Source: Antedon mediterranea (lineage: Eukaryota; Animalia; Echinodermata). From it: a stretch of 64,000 bases of DNA. A program made the translations under genes and the position numbers. The notes beneath the pieces were generated by a model. The model did no database searches, was not told the origin of the DNA, and saw nothing but the letters and a program-made list of their open reading frames with translations. Positions 55,101-64,000 of the stretch are shown piece by piece; position 1 is the first letter of the stretch, and every line of letters begins with the position of its first letter. The DNA lies in contig NC_092672.1 of the NCBI RefSeq assembly GCF_964355755.1, forward strand, positions 17,683,237 through 17,747,236, in the 5' to 3' direction.

Positions 55101-58100
55101 AAAGTTTCTTGCACATCTACAGGTCACCCTTGTGGAAAGTGCGGAAAACCAATAAACTGTAACCATAATATAGGTTGTTAAACATACCTGTATATGTTTT
55201 TTAATAAGTGCACTTCACTTTTTAGTGAGGGTCTTGCTTGGGTTCCAGAATGATTAATGTAGTGGGTTTTATAGACCATATTTAATATGAAACTGGTTTT
55301 TTTTTTGTGCCAATAGCCTAAAGCCTGTTTTCCCATTGACGAAACATTACGACTAGTTGCGTTGAGTTTAAAATTTTTAAAGTTGAAAATAAAATACCGA
55401 TGATGACGATGATCGAGCTGGACCACTAATATTTACAAGCGAGCGTTGTTGGGACACGCGGACGTGAAGTATTACAAAACAAAGGCCGGCCACGCGCATC
55501 CGGGGCCTAGGACATGCTTTCGTTGATATCTTAATCTAGGCTTACACTAAAGATATGATGATTACTGCCTTTCTGCTGAAAAGTCTGCCGACATTTCCGC
55601 TTGGGCTGCTCCGTAAATCTTTTTTACCAGTTTCTTCAAGTCTGATCTTTCATTGGCTAGTTCTTTAAGTTGTTTCATGTCTTTCTTGGTTTTCAATTGT
55701 CTGGGATACTTGATGTTTGTGTTCTGCTTATAAAGGGTGAGTAGGTCGTTGCTGAGAGTTATTGGTAGGGTGGTTCTCGGTCTTCCTCGAAATTTTATAT
55801 TAGTAGTGTGGCTGAAAAAATAGCTTATTGCTGTGTTGGCTGGTGTACATGGGTCTTGTCTGTGACCCAATAGTCTCCATCTTGCGTCGACTATTTCTAA
55901 TGAAATCGGTTTTGTTCCTGTCCTTCTGTATAAATTTATGTTCGATATCCTGTCTGGGAACCTGATACCTATGATTTTGCGAAGTTGCTGTCTGTGAAAT
56001 GTGTCGAGTTTATGTGCTTCTTCTTTTGTGAGTCCCCATGTTTCAGAGTTGTAGAGTAATATACTTTTAACTAGTGAGTTGTACAGCTTGATAAATATTA
56101 AATTTAATTGGTTTAATAATATAATTTAATTTGACTTACACTTGTTGTTTTTGAAATATCAGACCTTAAAAGTGTACAAAAAAGGTGAAAAACATACTGC
56201 TCCGTAAATCTCTTTGTAAAAATTCAAGAATTGTCAGCGCGTACTAATTTTTTTTTTAAATTGCAATGACGTAATTCAGTTTTAACGATTGTAATGAGGT
56301 CAACTTTAACGAATGCAGATTTCATAGTTTTAAACTAAAGATATCTTGGTGCGCCATAAAAATGTTTATATGAATTCATATCTACAATTCAACAGCTTCC
56401 ATAAATTTTTATCATGCCGTTTACTTTTTATTCCAAGGAGCTATAACAGATTGAAATATACTGTATAGACGAAATTAAGTAGGTCATTGATTGATTGAGA
56501 AAGAACATAAAATATTGGGCAAAATGGGATTAGCATAAGCACAATTCGCTCTATTAAATGGATTAACTAGTACAAAAAAGAAAAAAATTCAATATTTAAA
56601 ATTAGAGTGGCCATATGGTGACGTCAGAAAATCCGGTAGGTACAAATTTACATGAATTGATATCTACATCAGCTTCCATAATACTGTACATTAAAAAAAA
56701 TTGGGCCCTTTTAACCAGACATCCTGAGGAGCTATAACTGATTAAAAATAGGTATATTTTTGAACACATTTGCACTAAATTATCTTTTTTTTAACACACG
56801 ATATGCACATGCGTTGTTATATGAAATCTACTGCAGGTGGTATAAAAACCAAAAATCAATTGCAAAAACATTTTTATACGCTTTGTGTGAGCTATTTTGA
56901 AAAATTTTGAAATGTTTAAATGACCTGAAATGTATGCGGTTTTGATTGGAAATTAATTTTGCGCATTTTGAAATTTCAAATAACTCATAATTTTTTGCGT
57001 AGCACACCATTTTTATCATGTCAAAAGTTGCTCCATATTATGAAATACACTTTCGTAAAGTTTTATTGAAAATAATTTTTTGCTCAGAATTTATGAGCAA
57101 CCATAAATTTCATAAAATCGCGGGTAACTTACGCTGGGTGACTCTAACGTCATATAACAAAGTTTCTTGCACATCTACATTTAGAGGTCACTTTGACGAG
57201 TTTGGGTTATCCGCGCAAACGCAACATGCACATTAAAATATGAACACCCACAATTATTATGCCATCCTATGTCATGAATTTAAAATATGTTCACAGTGCT
57301 GAATTGTACCATTTTTGTTTGTCAGGTTCCTCATGTATGAAAATAGGGGTTCCATAGGATTTTAATGCCCAACATGAGATTTCACTTGATTTTACTTTAT
57401 TATGGTGCTAGGATACCAAAAATGCTAGGTAACAAATTTTTTCAAACTGGATATCACATCAAACTCACTTTTCAACACAAATCCTCCAAAATACATTCAT
57501 AACAAAAAGTCTTAGTAATACCGTAATTTCAAAAGAAGTCAATAAATATATACACTCCGAGTATTTTGATACCAATCATGTCGATAGACCAAAGGGTTAT
57601 GGATATAGGGCCATTTGGGCGCCATTTTGAACTTGGGGCAGTTACCATGGTTATGGAATGGTGAAAATTGTTGGTATCCTATCACCATAATTAAAAGTGA
57701 AATCAAGTGAAATCTCACTTTGGGCATTAAAATCCTACGGAAATACATGAGGACCCCGACTAACAGTATTAACGGAATACACTGTACATATATCAGTGTA
57801 GCATAGATGAAATTACGAGACTCATATTTTAATCCCATTTTTAACATGATTAACGTCATTAAAATGTAACATAAAGATAGCAAATTTAGAAGATAATTAT
57901 CTAAATAATTACATTAATAAAAATTTGAAGAATTTTGGGCATGAAAAAGCAAGATGCACGCTATTTTAAAATGCGATGAATTTATTACGAAAGATATTAA
58001 AATCTGACTTTTTGAATTCAACTGGCCATATGATGACATCAGATAGACAGACACAATTTTTATAGGAATTCATATAATTCAACATCTTCCCTAATAAGTT

Positions 58101-61100
58101 TTAATCATGCTGGTCACTTTTCATTCTGAGGAGCATAACAAGTAAATAATTAAGTAAGTCACGTTATTTAAATTTTTTAATATGATGACGTAACAAAAAT
58201 TACAATTTTTTTTAATGCATGTGAAAGAGAATTGAGAACAGAACATAGTAAAATCTAGGGCGAAATGAGGTAAGCATAAGCGCAATGCGCTCTATTAAAG
58301 GGAGTTCCAGGTATAATTTATATAAGCGCCCAGTGAAGCAGAACGAAGGCTGTGAAATGAGGCCAGATTACAAGTGCAGCTACAGCAAAATCACACTGTG
58401 GTTACAGAATAGGAAATTTGTGAAATGGTAAATCTTCCGACGACTCGTTATCATTAACCATATCAATTACTTTTGTAAAATTATACTTATCTGATGTAAT
58501 TTTAGTCGGTCTTCCCATTTATAAAGTCATTATTCTATGAAAATTCATCACAATTGTGTAAAATCATTTGGAGATTCAGTTTACATTTGCTCGTTTTTCG
58601 CACTGACTCAGAGAAAAGCCTTCAAAATAAACGAAGCGTAACATATACTTTACATTCCTGCTGAGGAGCGAGGCGACAATACACATGCTCTCTGTCCATG
58701 CCTGGCATTGTCTTGTGATAAGTAGATACAGTATACAATACCAAACTGGTCGGGTCGAGTATACCCCGTCTATAATCACAACATGAACGATGTACAGTAT
58801 TTGATTGAAGGTCGACTCGACGGGTGTCACGAAACCTAAGACCACGAAAGCTAAGACCCACTAAGACCTAAGATCACGAAAGCTAAGACCCAAGACCTAA
58901 GATTACAAATATTTATCTTTCGCACCTGCCTTGTATTTTAACTCTAACATTTATTCTGAATACCACACCTTAGAATTAGCACTTCTATGAAAAATAATCA
59001 CATAAAAAGTAACAAATACATTTTTAAATTTATGATTTTACAGACGTTTTTCTCGCACACATACTGTTTGCGAATTTCGCATGACTAGCCTAGGCCAACC
59101 CCATGTCCAATATTTTTGTTTTTATGGAACGTCAAAAGAGCAAAAATTATATAGAGGGCTGAAAACTCTGTGCAGTCCATCTATTTTAACGCATTTCTTA
59201 GTGAAAATCAGTACGAAGGAATAAATACTCGAAAATAAATTTTAATTTCAAAATCATGATAAAAAGTTTCTTGTTTCGTTTTCTTTCTGTTTTTATACTT
59301 ATTATTGTTGCTCTTTTGGCGCTCCATAGAAACAAAAATATTGAGCATGGGGAGGAGTTACAGTATAGAAAGAAACACGTCTGTAAAATCATCAATTTAA
59401 AGGATTTGTTTTTATATGTTTTTCCTTCTTAAAGTACTTATATAAGTCCCAATTTTAAAGTGTGGTATTCAGGGTAAAGTTATTTGACAAATTTGGAGTC
59501 AAAATACAAGGCAGATGCGAATAAATACAATACAGTTCTTCCCGTTTATACTACGACAATTCTGTGGCAACATTTACTATGCTGTTGTTAAGTGGTGATG
59601 TGGAGCCTAATCCAGGACTTTGTCGAAGTAAAGTATTATTCATACTTACAGTCACTTGCTAACGAAATGAAAAATAACAACAACAAATTTTGGTCTTGGA
59701 TGAAGAAGTCTTATAAATCAAATGACTCGCAGCCTTCAGCATTAAATCATGGAGGTTCTTCAGTGTATTCGCCTAATGAAAAGGCCGATGTTTAATAAGT
59801 ATTTCCACTCTATTTTTAAAACTGGTGGTACTAGTTCATCTGTTGATGTTATTTACACTGATTTTTCGAAAGCCTTTGACCTCGTCTCCTATCAACTTCT
59901 TGTCCATAAACTTTCCAAATTTGGTATTTCTGGCCCTATCCTTAAATTATTTGTTAGTTACCTTGATTTCAGGCAACAACACGTTATGTTTCAAGGTCAA
60001 GCTTCTGATTGGCTCACTGTTTTGTCTGGGGTCCCCCAGGGCTCGATCCTTGGTCCCCTCTTATTTAATATCTTTATCAATGATCTCCCTTCTAATCTTT
60101 CTTCTTCTTGCTTACTTTTTGCGGATTATCTTAAACTCTTTAATACTATCAATGGCCCTAATGATACTGTTTCCCTTCAGATGGACCACCACCTGGAAGC
60201 TGAGTTTAAACTTACCAAAATGCAAAATTATGACGATTACTAAGAAAAGACAATATCCAATATGATTACAGCATTAATAATCATGTTTTGGAAAGAATTG
60301 ACCGTCATAAAGATCTTGGTATTATTATCGACTGTAACTTAAATTTTATTCCTCAAGTTGATGCTGCTGTTAGTAAAGCAAATAGAATGCTAGGCATGAT
60401 ACGTCATAATTGCTGGTGTTTTAAAAATTCTAATACATTAATTCATTTATATGTTTCTCTTGTCCGTCCCCATCTTGAATACTGTAGTGTTGTGTCTAAT
60501 TCGTTTTCGTCTGCTCATAGTACCCGTCTTCAAAGAGTCCAAGATCGTTTTGTTCATTTTTGTGTATTCTACTTGTAAGTTTGATCTTCAGTTTTTGTAT
60601 AAATGTATGAATTCCCGTTTCAATTGTAATTTTATCTCCTTGTTTTCCTGTCATGTTAAAGCTGTTGGTTGTCGTACTCGTAATTCCAAATGTAATCTTC
60701 TTTATGTGCCGTATTGTCGTGTCAATGTTACCAAGAATGGATTTATCTCACGTATTTGTCTTCTTTTTAATAATTGTGTTGTTAAAGATAATTCTATTGA
60801 TCTCTTTTTTGACCGTTATAATTGTTTTTGTAATAAAATTAGTAAAATTGTTTAATTTTGTATTGTTAGGTTTTAAGATTTATATATATTTATATGGTAT
60901 AGTTTATTCCATTGTGTAAGGGGCGGGTTTGCCGCTGTTGAATGAATAAAATAAAATAAATAAAAATAAAATAAGGAAAAACATCCTCCGTACCAACACA
61001 ATGGAGTAAATATATACCAACAAACAACCCGTCAAGTTTGTTTGTTGTAAAGAAAAAAAAAATTTACTCAACAGGCGAAAATAATATATGTTTATCTACT

Positions 61101-63828
61101 GTATGTTTTGCGGTGGTATTTAATTATATTTATGGTAATAAATGAAACCGACTATGTTTAAAATTATGTATGGATAAACAAGTATTGTTTTTAAGCTGTA
61201 GTATATCTTAGAATTTGTAATCTTAGGTCTTGGGTCTTTAGCTTTCGTGATCTTACTGTAGGTCTTAGGGGTTTTAGCTTTAGTGGTCTTAGGTTTCGTA
61301 ACACCCTCGACTCGACCTACCGGAATGGTACAGATAATATAGCTCGAATGAGAGAGTTGGAATATTGTAAACATACGTATTGCCAATTTGCCAACGATAT
61401 TTTAAAAGCAATTTTAAAACCAGAATCCTCCTTTAAACAGGATTCTAGTACTAATTCAAACAAAACCCCTATTTTTAAAATTTGAATGGCCATAAGGTGA
61501 CGTTAGATCATCCTGTAGATATAAATTTTACATGAATTAGCAATTCTCATCGGCTTCCATAATAAATTTTTTTAAATGGGGTAACCAGCCATTCTGAGGA
61601 GCTATAACCGATTAAAAATAGGTATATTTTTGCACAAATTTGCATTAACTTATTTATAAATGGATTTTTAGCACATAATTATTCAAGTTTAACAATCAAA
61701 GTTCATCAAAATAAATTTACTACAGAAGGTATGAAAAACAATAATCAATTGCAAAAACAAGTGTGTGCGCAAAACGGCAACAAATAATTTGAAATCCTTC
61801 AAATGGCCTGAAATGTATGCGAAATTGATTAGAAATTATTTTGCGAATTTTGAAATTTGTAATGTGTACTCGCGTAATTTTTTGCATAGCACGCTCTTTT
61901 TATCATGTCAAAAGTTGCTCCATATTATGAAATACAATTCTGTAAAGTTTCAATGATAAATAAAAGTCAACCATAAAATTTCATAAAATTACGCGTAACT
62001 TGTGCTGCGCGACTCTAATGTCATATAACAAAGTTTAAGGTCAATATTTTGACACAGTTATACAATCTTAATGTTGACAAGAATGAGAGATATGCGTGCA
62101 ATAAAATTTGTGGAAAGAAAGAAGAATAAGATATGAACTTGTCACTCTGATTAGTTAGTTATTCAGACAATAAACGCCACGTGCATGTCATACGTTGGAA
62201 TATTGCACACAGAAAAAGATTATGGCATTATGAATTGAGGAATATAATATGTTGTTATAGTGCTGAAATCTGTCTATTTTGTGTCATATACTACAGTATA
62301 CACAGTATAATCTGTATATGTATATAAACATACAGTGTAGAATAGGTGAAATTACGAGACCCACCATTTATTGAAATTTATAACATGGTGACGGTATCAA
62401 AATAAAACACGAAGATAGCAATTTTAGAAATTTGAATATGTAAAATATAGATGCGCACGCTCTTTTAAATGTGATGAACTACGTTGCAAAAGATGAAAAT
62501 ATGACTTTTTTTATTCTACTGGCCATATGATGACTTCACAACATTTGATTGGAAAAATGTTCACATGATTTCGTATCTACAAACCAATAGCTCCCAGAAA
62601 CGTTTTAATAATGATTATCTCTTTTTAATCTGACGAGCTAAAAAAAAGATTGAAATTTACTGTAAAGATGAAAATAAGTGGCTCACGTTATTTAAATTTT
62701 TAGACATTATGACGTCATAACAAATTTTTTTTTTAACTCATGCGAAAGATAGTTGATCGACATAGACAATATTAAAATATCGAGGGAAATGGAATACGGA
62801 TAAGCGATGCGCTCTATTGAATGTGATGAGCAATAACGAAAGAGACAAATCCTATATTTTACATTCGTATGGCAATACGATGATGTCACAACATCCGAGA
62901 GGTAAAGATTTGGCATAAATTTATATCTAAAACATATCTGCTTACATATTAAGTTAAAAAAATTGGGGGTCACCATTGATCCTGAGGAGCTATAATAGAT
63001 TAAAAATAGGCATAATTTTGACAAATTTTTTGTAACTTTTTCAACTAAAAGGCACGCAAATGATCTAAATCAAGTGTTTGTATGACGTCATTTTAATTTG
63101 AAATGATTTGAATTTGAATTGGGATTTTCCAGCTTTTCCTAGTCATTTTTAAAAAGATTGACTAGGAAAGGCTGGAAAATCACAATTCAAAAGAAAATAA
63201 CACGCGCTGGAATTTTTGACATGCGCAAAATGTCATAAATCCCGTAGAACGTTTATTAGAATTTAAAAAATGTTAAATGTGCGTGCGCATTCTTGTAAAA
63301 CATGCCATTTTTAGTGCACAAAAAGTTGATTTTGATAACAATTAACTTTCACCAAGTGTCAATAAAAAATGACTTTTATTTTTTATCCTATGATCAATCA
63401 TTGAAATTCATTAAAAATCTGACGTCATTCACAAATAGGAGGTGCACAACTTCATGTAAATGTCGATATTTTGACAAAGTTACGATATGTTCTGTTTAAT
63501 GTTTTAGAAACACGCGACGCACAAAAATGACAAAGGAAAGAAGCATAATACAGAAAAAAAATATGATGAAACAGTTACAAGGAGTTATCCGCTACTAAGC
63601 GAATAACTAATAAAGAAGATGAAAAAAGGGTTATCCGCAACAAAAGTTGAGGATAACAAAAAAAAAAAGATCCTGACAATAACAAGGGATTATCCGCCAA
63701 GTGCGGACAACCAATGAAAGATACATACACAAGTGGACCTGTGCCTCCTTTAAGCTGCATATAATCATATGTTCCATTTATGACTCCCTCTACCTCTTGC
63801 ATGTAAGCCTCCCAATCAATTTCAGTAT
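21944..63828 (-). CDS. ALG3: Dol-P-Man:Man5GlcNAc2-PP-Dol alpha-1,3-mannosyltransferase (ALG3/NOT56), exons 2-9; 5'-partial
   Basis: Exons (minus strand): 63828-63729, 53806-53659, 53401-53241, 41313-41193, 40930-40725, 24613-24549, 24330-24195, 22115-21944. Hallmark motifs: [82 protein letters not shown]. Phases are consistent. Confidence 0.96.
24195..24330 (-). CDS. ALG3: ALG3 exon 8
   Basis: [36 protein letters not shown]...; donor GTAAGT. Confidence 0.94.
24331..24548 (-). other. U12-type AT-AC intron of ALG3
   Basis: On the minus strand it begins ATATCCTTTT, has branch-point CCTTAAT (24350-24344) and ends TTTTAC. Splicing joins T+AT into Tyr, in frame with [10 protein letters not shown]. 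Confidence 0.9.
24549..24613 (-). CDS. ALG3: ALG3 exon 7
   Basis: [21 protein letters not shown]; TTTTCAG acceptor; followed by ATATCCTTT. Confidence 0.85.
25068..27192 (+). repeat. Left arm of a large inverted repeat (foldback)
   Basis: Reverse complement of 32713-34230. ORFs 25876..26133(-) and 33727..34002(+) are near-identical mirror images. The arm is internally repetitive. Confidence 0.9.
27655..32319 (-). mobile_element. HINE family B element expanded to ~4.7 kb by an internal tandem array
   Basis: The ends match the 11295-11952 element in reverse (CTAGAAAGACACTGCGAGAGTGC ... ACCTCCTTGGCGGAGGTAAA). The marker ACTAGCC(T/G)TC recurs at ~28300, 29151, 29982, 30667 and 31493. Confidence 0.85.
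32713..34230 (-). repeat. Right arm of the large inverted repeat
   Basis: Mirror of 25068-27192, lacking ~0.6 kb present in the left arm. Confidence 0.9.
35420..36050 (-). pseudogene. XPG/FEN1-like nuclease domain relic of Academ type
   Basis: Minus-strand fragments [52 protein letters not shown] and NGW, with stops and frameshifts. Confidence 0.6.
36060..36650 (+). mobile_element. Highly degenerate CR1/L2-group LINE fragment
   Basis: Broken frames resembling the post-RT region ([18 protein letters not shown]). Confidence 0.45.
36783..36989 (+). repeat. Left arm of a MITE: 15-bp tandem (TTTGCCACCCGGCCC)n
   Basis: Inverted counterpart (GGCCGGGTGGCAAAA)n at 39596-39734. Confidence 0.7.
36990..37655 (+). 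mobile_element. Non-LTR retrotransposon RT fragment (CR1/L2 group)
   Basis: [40 protein letters not shown]. Confidence 0.85.
37655..39360 (-). mobile_element. 5'-truncated CR1/L2-group (Crack-like) LINE with a frameshifted RT
   Basis: [32 protein letters not shown] and LFADDT in ORF 38610..39362. The C-terminal part is ORF 37876..38613, followed by a (TGAAA)n tail. Confidence 0.9.
39596..39734 (-). repeat. Right arm of the MITE that starts at 36783
   Basis: (GGTGGCAAAAGCCC)n units ending GGTGGCAACCGGCCGGAACC. Confidence 0.7.
40725..40930 (-). CDS. ALG3: ALG3 exon 6
   Basis: [40 protein letters not shown]...YRWN. Confidence 0.94.
41193..41313 (-). CDS. ALG3: ALG3 exon 5
   Basis: [25 protein letters not shown]...CAAVQ. 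Confidence 0.94.
41570..41976 (-). mobile_element. Rex1/Babar-like LINE 3' fragment (continues at 51201-51240)
   Basis: [15 protein letters not shown]...VKTASKII...YPLH...KTTRFRN. The upstream part, [11 protein letters not shown], lies at 51201-51235. Confidence 0.65.
43457..48780 (-). mobile_element. L1/Tx1-clade LINE, 5'-truncated in ORF1, with degenerate ORF2
   Basis: ORF1 RRM (IQVERAHR...[11 protein letters not shown]) at 48427-48780. ORF2 EN begins at 47269 (SLNVR, GGDFN, TDH), followed by RT ([28 protein letters not shown]), a CCHC-type end (CEFC...HMFVEC) and an A-rich tail. Confidence 0.92.
47330..47400. repeat. (TACA)n/(TA)n microsatellite in the L1 inter-ORF spacer
   Basis: Directly visible. 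Confidence 0.8.
53241..53401 (-). CDS. ALG3: ALG3 exon 4
   Basis: [31 protein letters not shown]...GCFFF. Confidence 0.95.
53659..53806 (-). CDS. ALG3: ALG3 exon 3
   Basis: [29 protein letters not shown]...YQRTKK. Confidence 0.95.
53838..55153 (-). mobile_element. HINE family A copy
   Basis: AA|CTAG end, hairpin GAACTCGTCACTTTGATGAGTTC, subterminal GTTATCCGC, and other end GTGCGGAAAACCAAT. Confidence 0.75.
55560..56090 (-). mobile_element. RTE-group (RTEX-like) LINE 3' fragment
   Basis: [17 protein letters not shown]...HRQQLRKII...RWRLLGH...RGRPRTTL. Confidence 0.8.
57315..57766. mobile_element. MITE with ~70-bp TIRs
   Basis: TGTTTGTCAGGTTCCTCATGTA...AGGATTTTAATGCCCAA versus TTGGGCATTAAAATCCT...TACATGAGGACCCCGACTAACA. 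Confidence 0.75.
58822..61306. mobile_element. Mutator-like MITE with 10-bp TSD
   Basis: TSD TCGACTCGAC at 58812-58821 and 61307-61316. TIRs GGGTGTCACGAAACCTAAGACC / GGTCTTAGGTTTCGTAACACCC carry (CTAAGACC)n subrepeats. Confidence 0.88.
59531..60973 (+). mobile_element. Internally deleted CR1/L2-group LINE with an N-terminal 2A-like peptide
   Basis: [58 protein letters not shown]; (AAAAT)n tail. Confidence 0.85.
63729..63828 (-). CDS. ALG3: ALG3 exon 2
   Basis: [32 protein letters not shown](V); TTACAG acceptor, GTATGT donor. Confidence 0.95.
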
Positions 63829-64000
63829 CTGTAAGAATGTGAAAAGGGTTACAATACATAGTATATGTTTGAACAGTAGTTGGGTAAAGCTGACCAAACA
63901 AGCCCGTAGCCAGGATTTTTACAGGGGGTTCTTTGTTCCCAAATAAGGGCCCTTCCCTCTCCATTATGGGGATTACCTTTACCCTTTTTAATATTTAATA

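Larger units (their letters stand above)
58299..61432. mobile_element. TTAA-TSD element (Kolobok-like) inserted in a HINE A unit
   Basis: TTAA|AGGGAGTTCCAGG ... CCAGAATCCTCCT|TTAA. The flanks rejoin to approximately the HINE sequence CGCTCTATTAAATGGATTAACTAGTAC seen uninterrupted at ~56547. Confidence 0.65.
56355..63715 (-). mobile_element. Tandem HINE family A units hosting nested insertions
   Basis: New units start at ~57186 and ~62131. The terminal TTATCCGCCAAGTGCGGACAACCAAT lies at 63690-63715. Confidence 0.7.

Noticed and set aside
54320-63000. Recurrent C(T/C)GA(T/G/C)GAGCTATAAC motifs as hammerhead cores
   Set aside because: No stem II or GAAA box follows. They are internal subrepeats of HINE family A.

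Overview
AT-rich eukaryotic DNA, probably from a marine invertebrate (inferred from splicing signals and TE repertoire). There are no prokaryotic features. Two convergent intron-containing genes dominate the window. ASCC2 (+) has a complete CDS in 16 coding exons at 2789..17120 (732 aa by my exon sum). ALG3 (-) has exons 2-9 at 63828..21944, with exon 1 beyond the window. Each gene carries one short minor-spliceosome (U12) intron: GT-AG type in ASCC2 (14197..14328) and AT-AC type in ALG3 (24548..24331). The remainder is mostly decayed, deeply nested mobile DNA. It includes Helentron/HINE-type elements (one expanded into a ~1.5-kb higher-order tandem array), a ~9-kb foldback, an AcademX-like relic, MITEs with readable target-site duplications (TSDs), an L1/Tx1 inside an RTE inside a Rex1-like LINE, a CR1/L2-type relic with a degenerate 2A (StopGo) peptide, and a Penelope-like solo repeat with a minimal hammerhead ribozyme motif. 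I see no intact, clearly new biological system. The best leads are the paired minor introns, the hammerhead, the 2A motif and satellite formation inside a Helentron. All calls are by eye, and TE family names and repeat boundaries are approximate.
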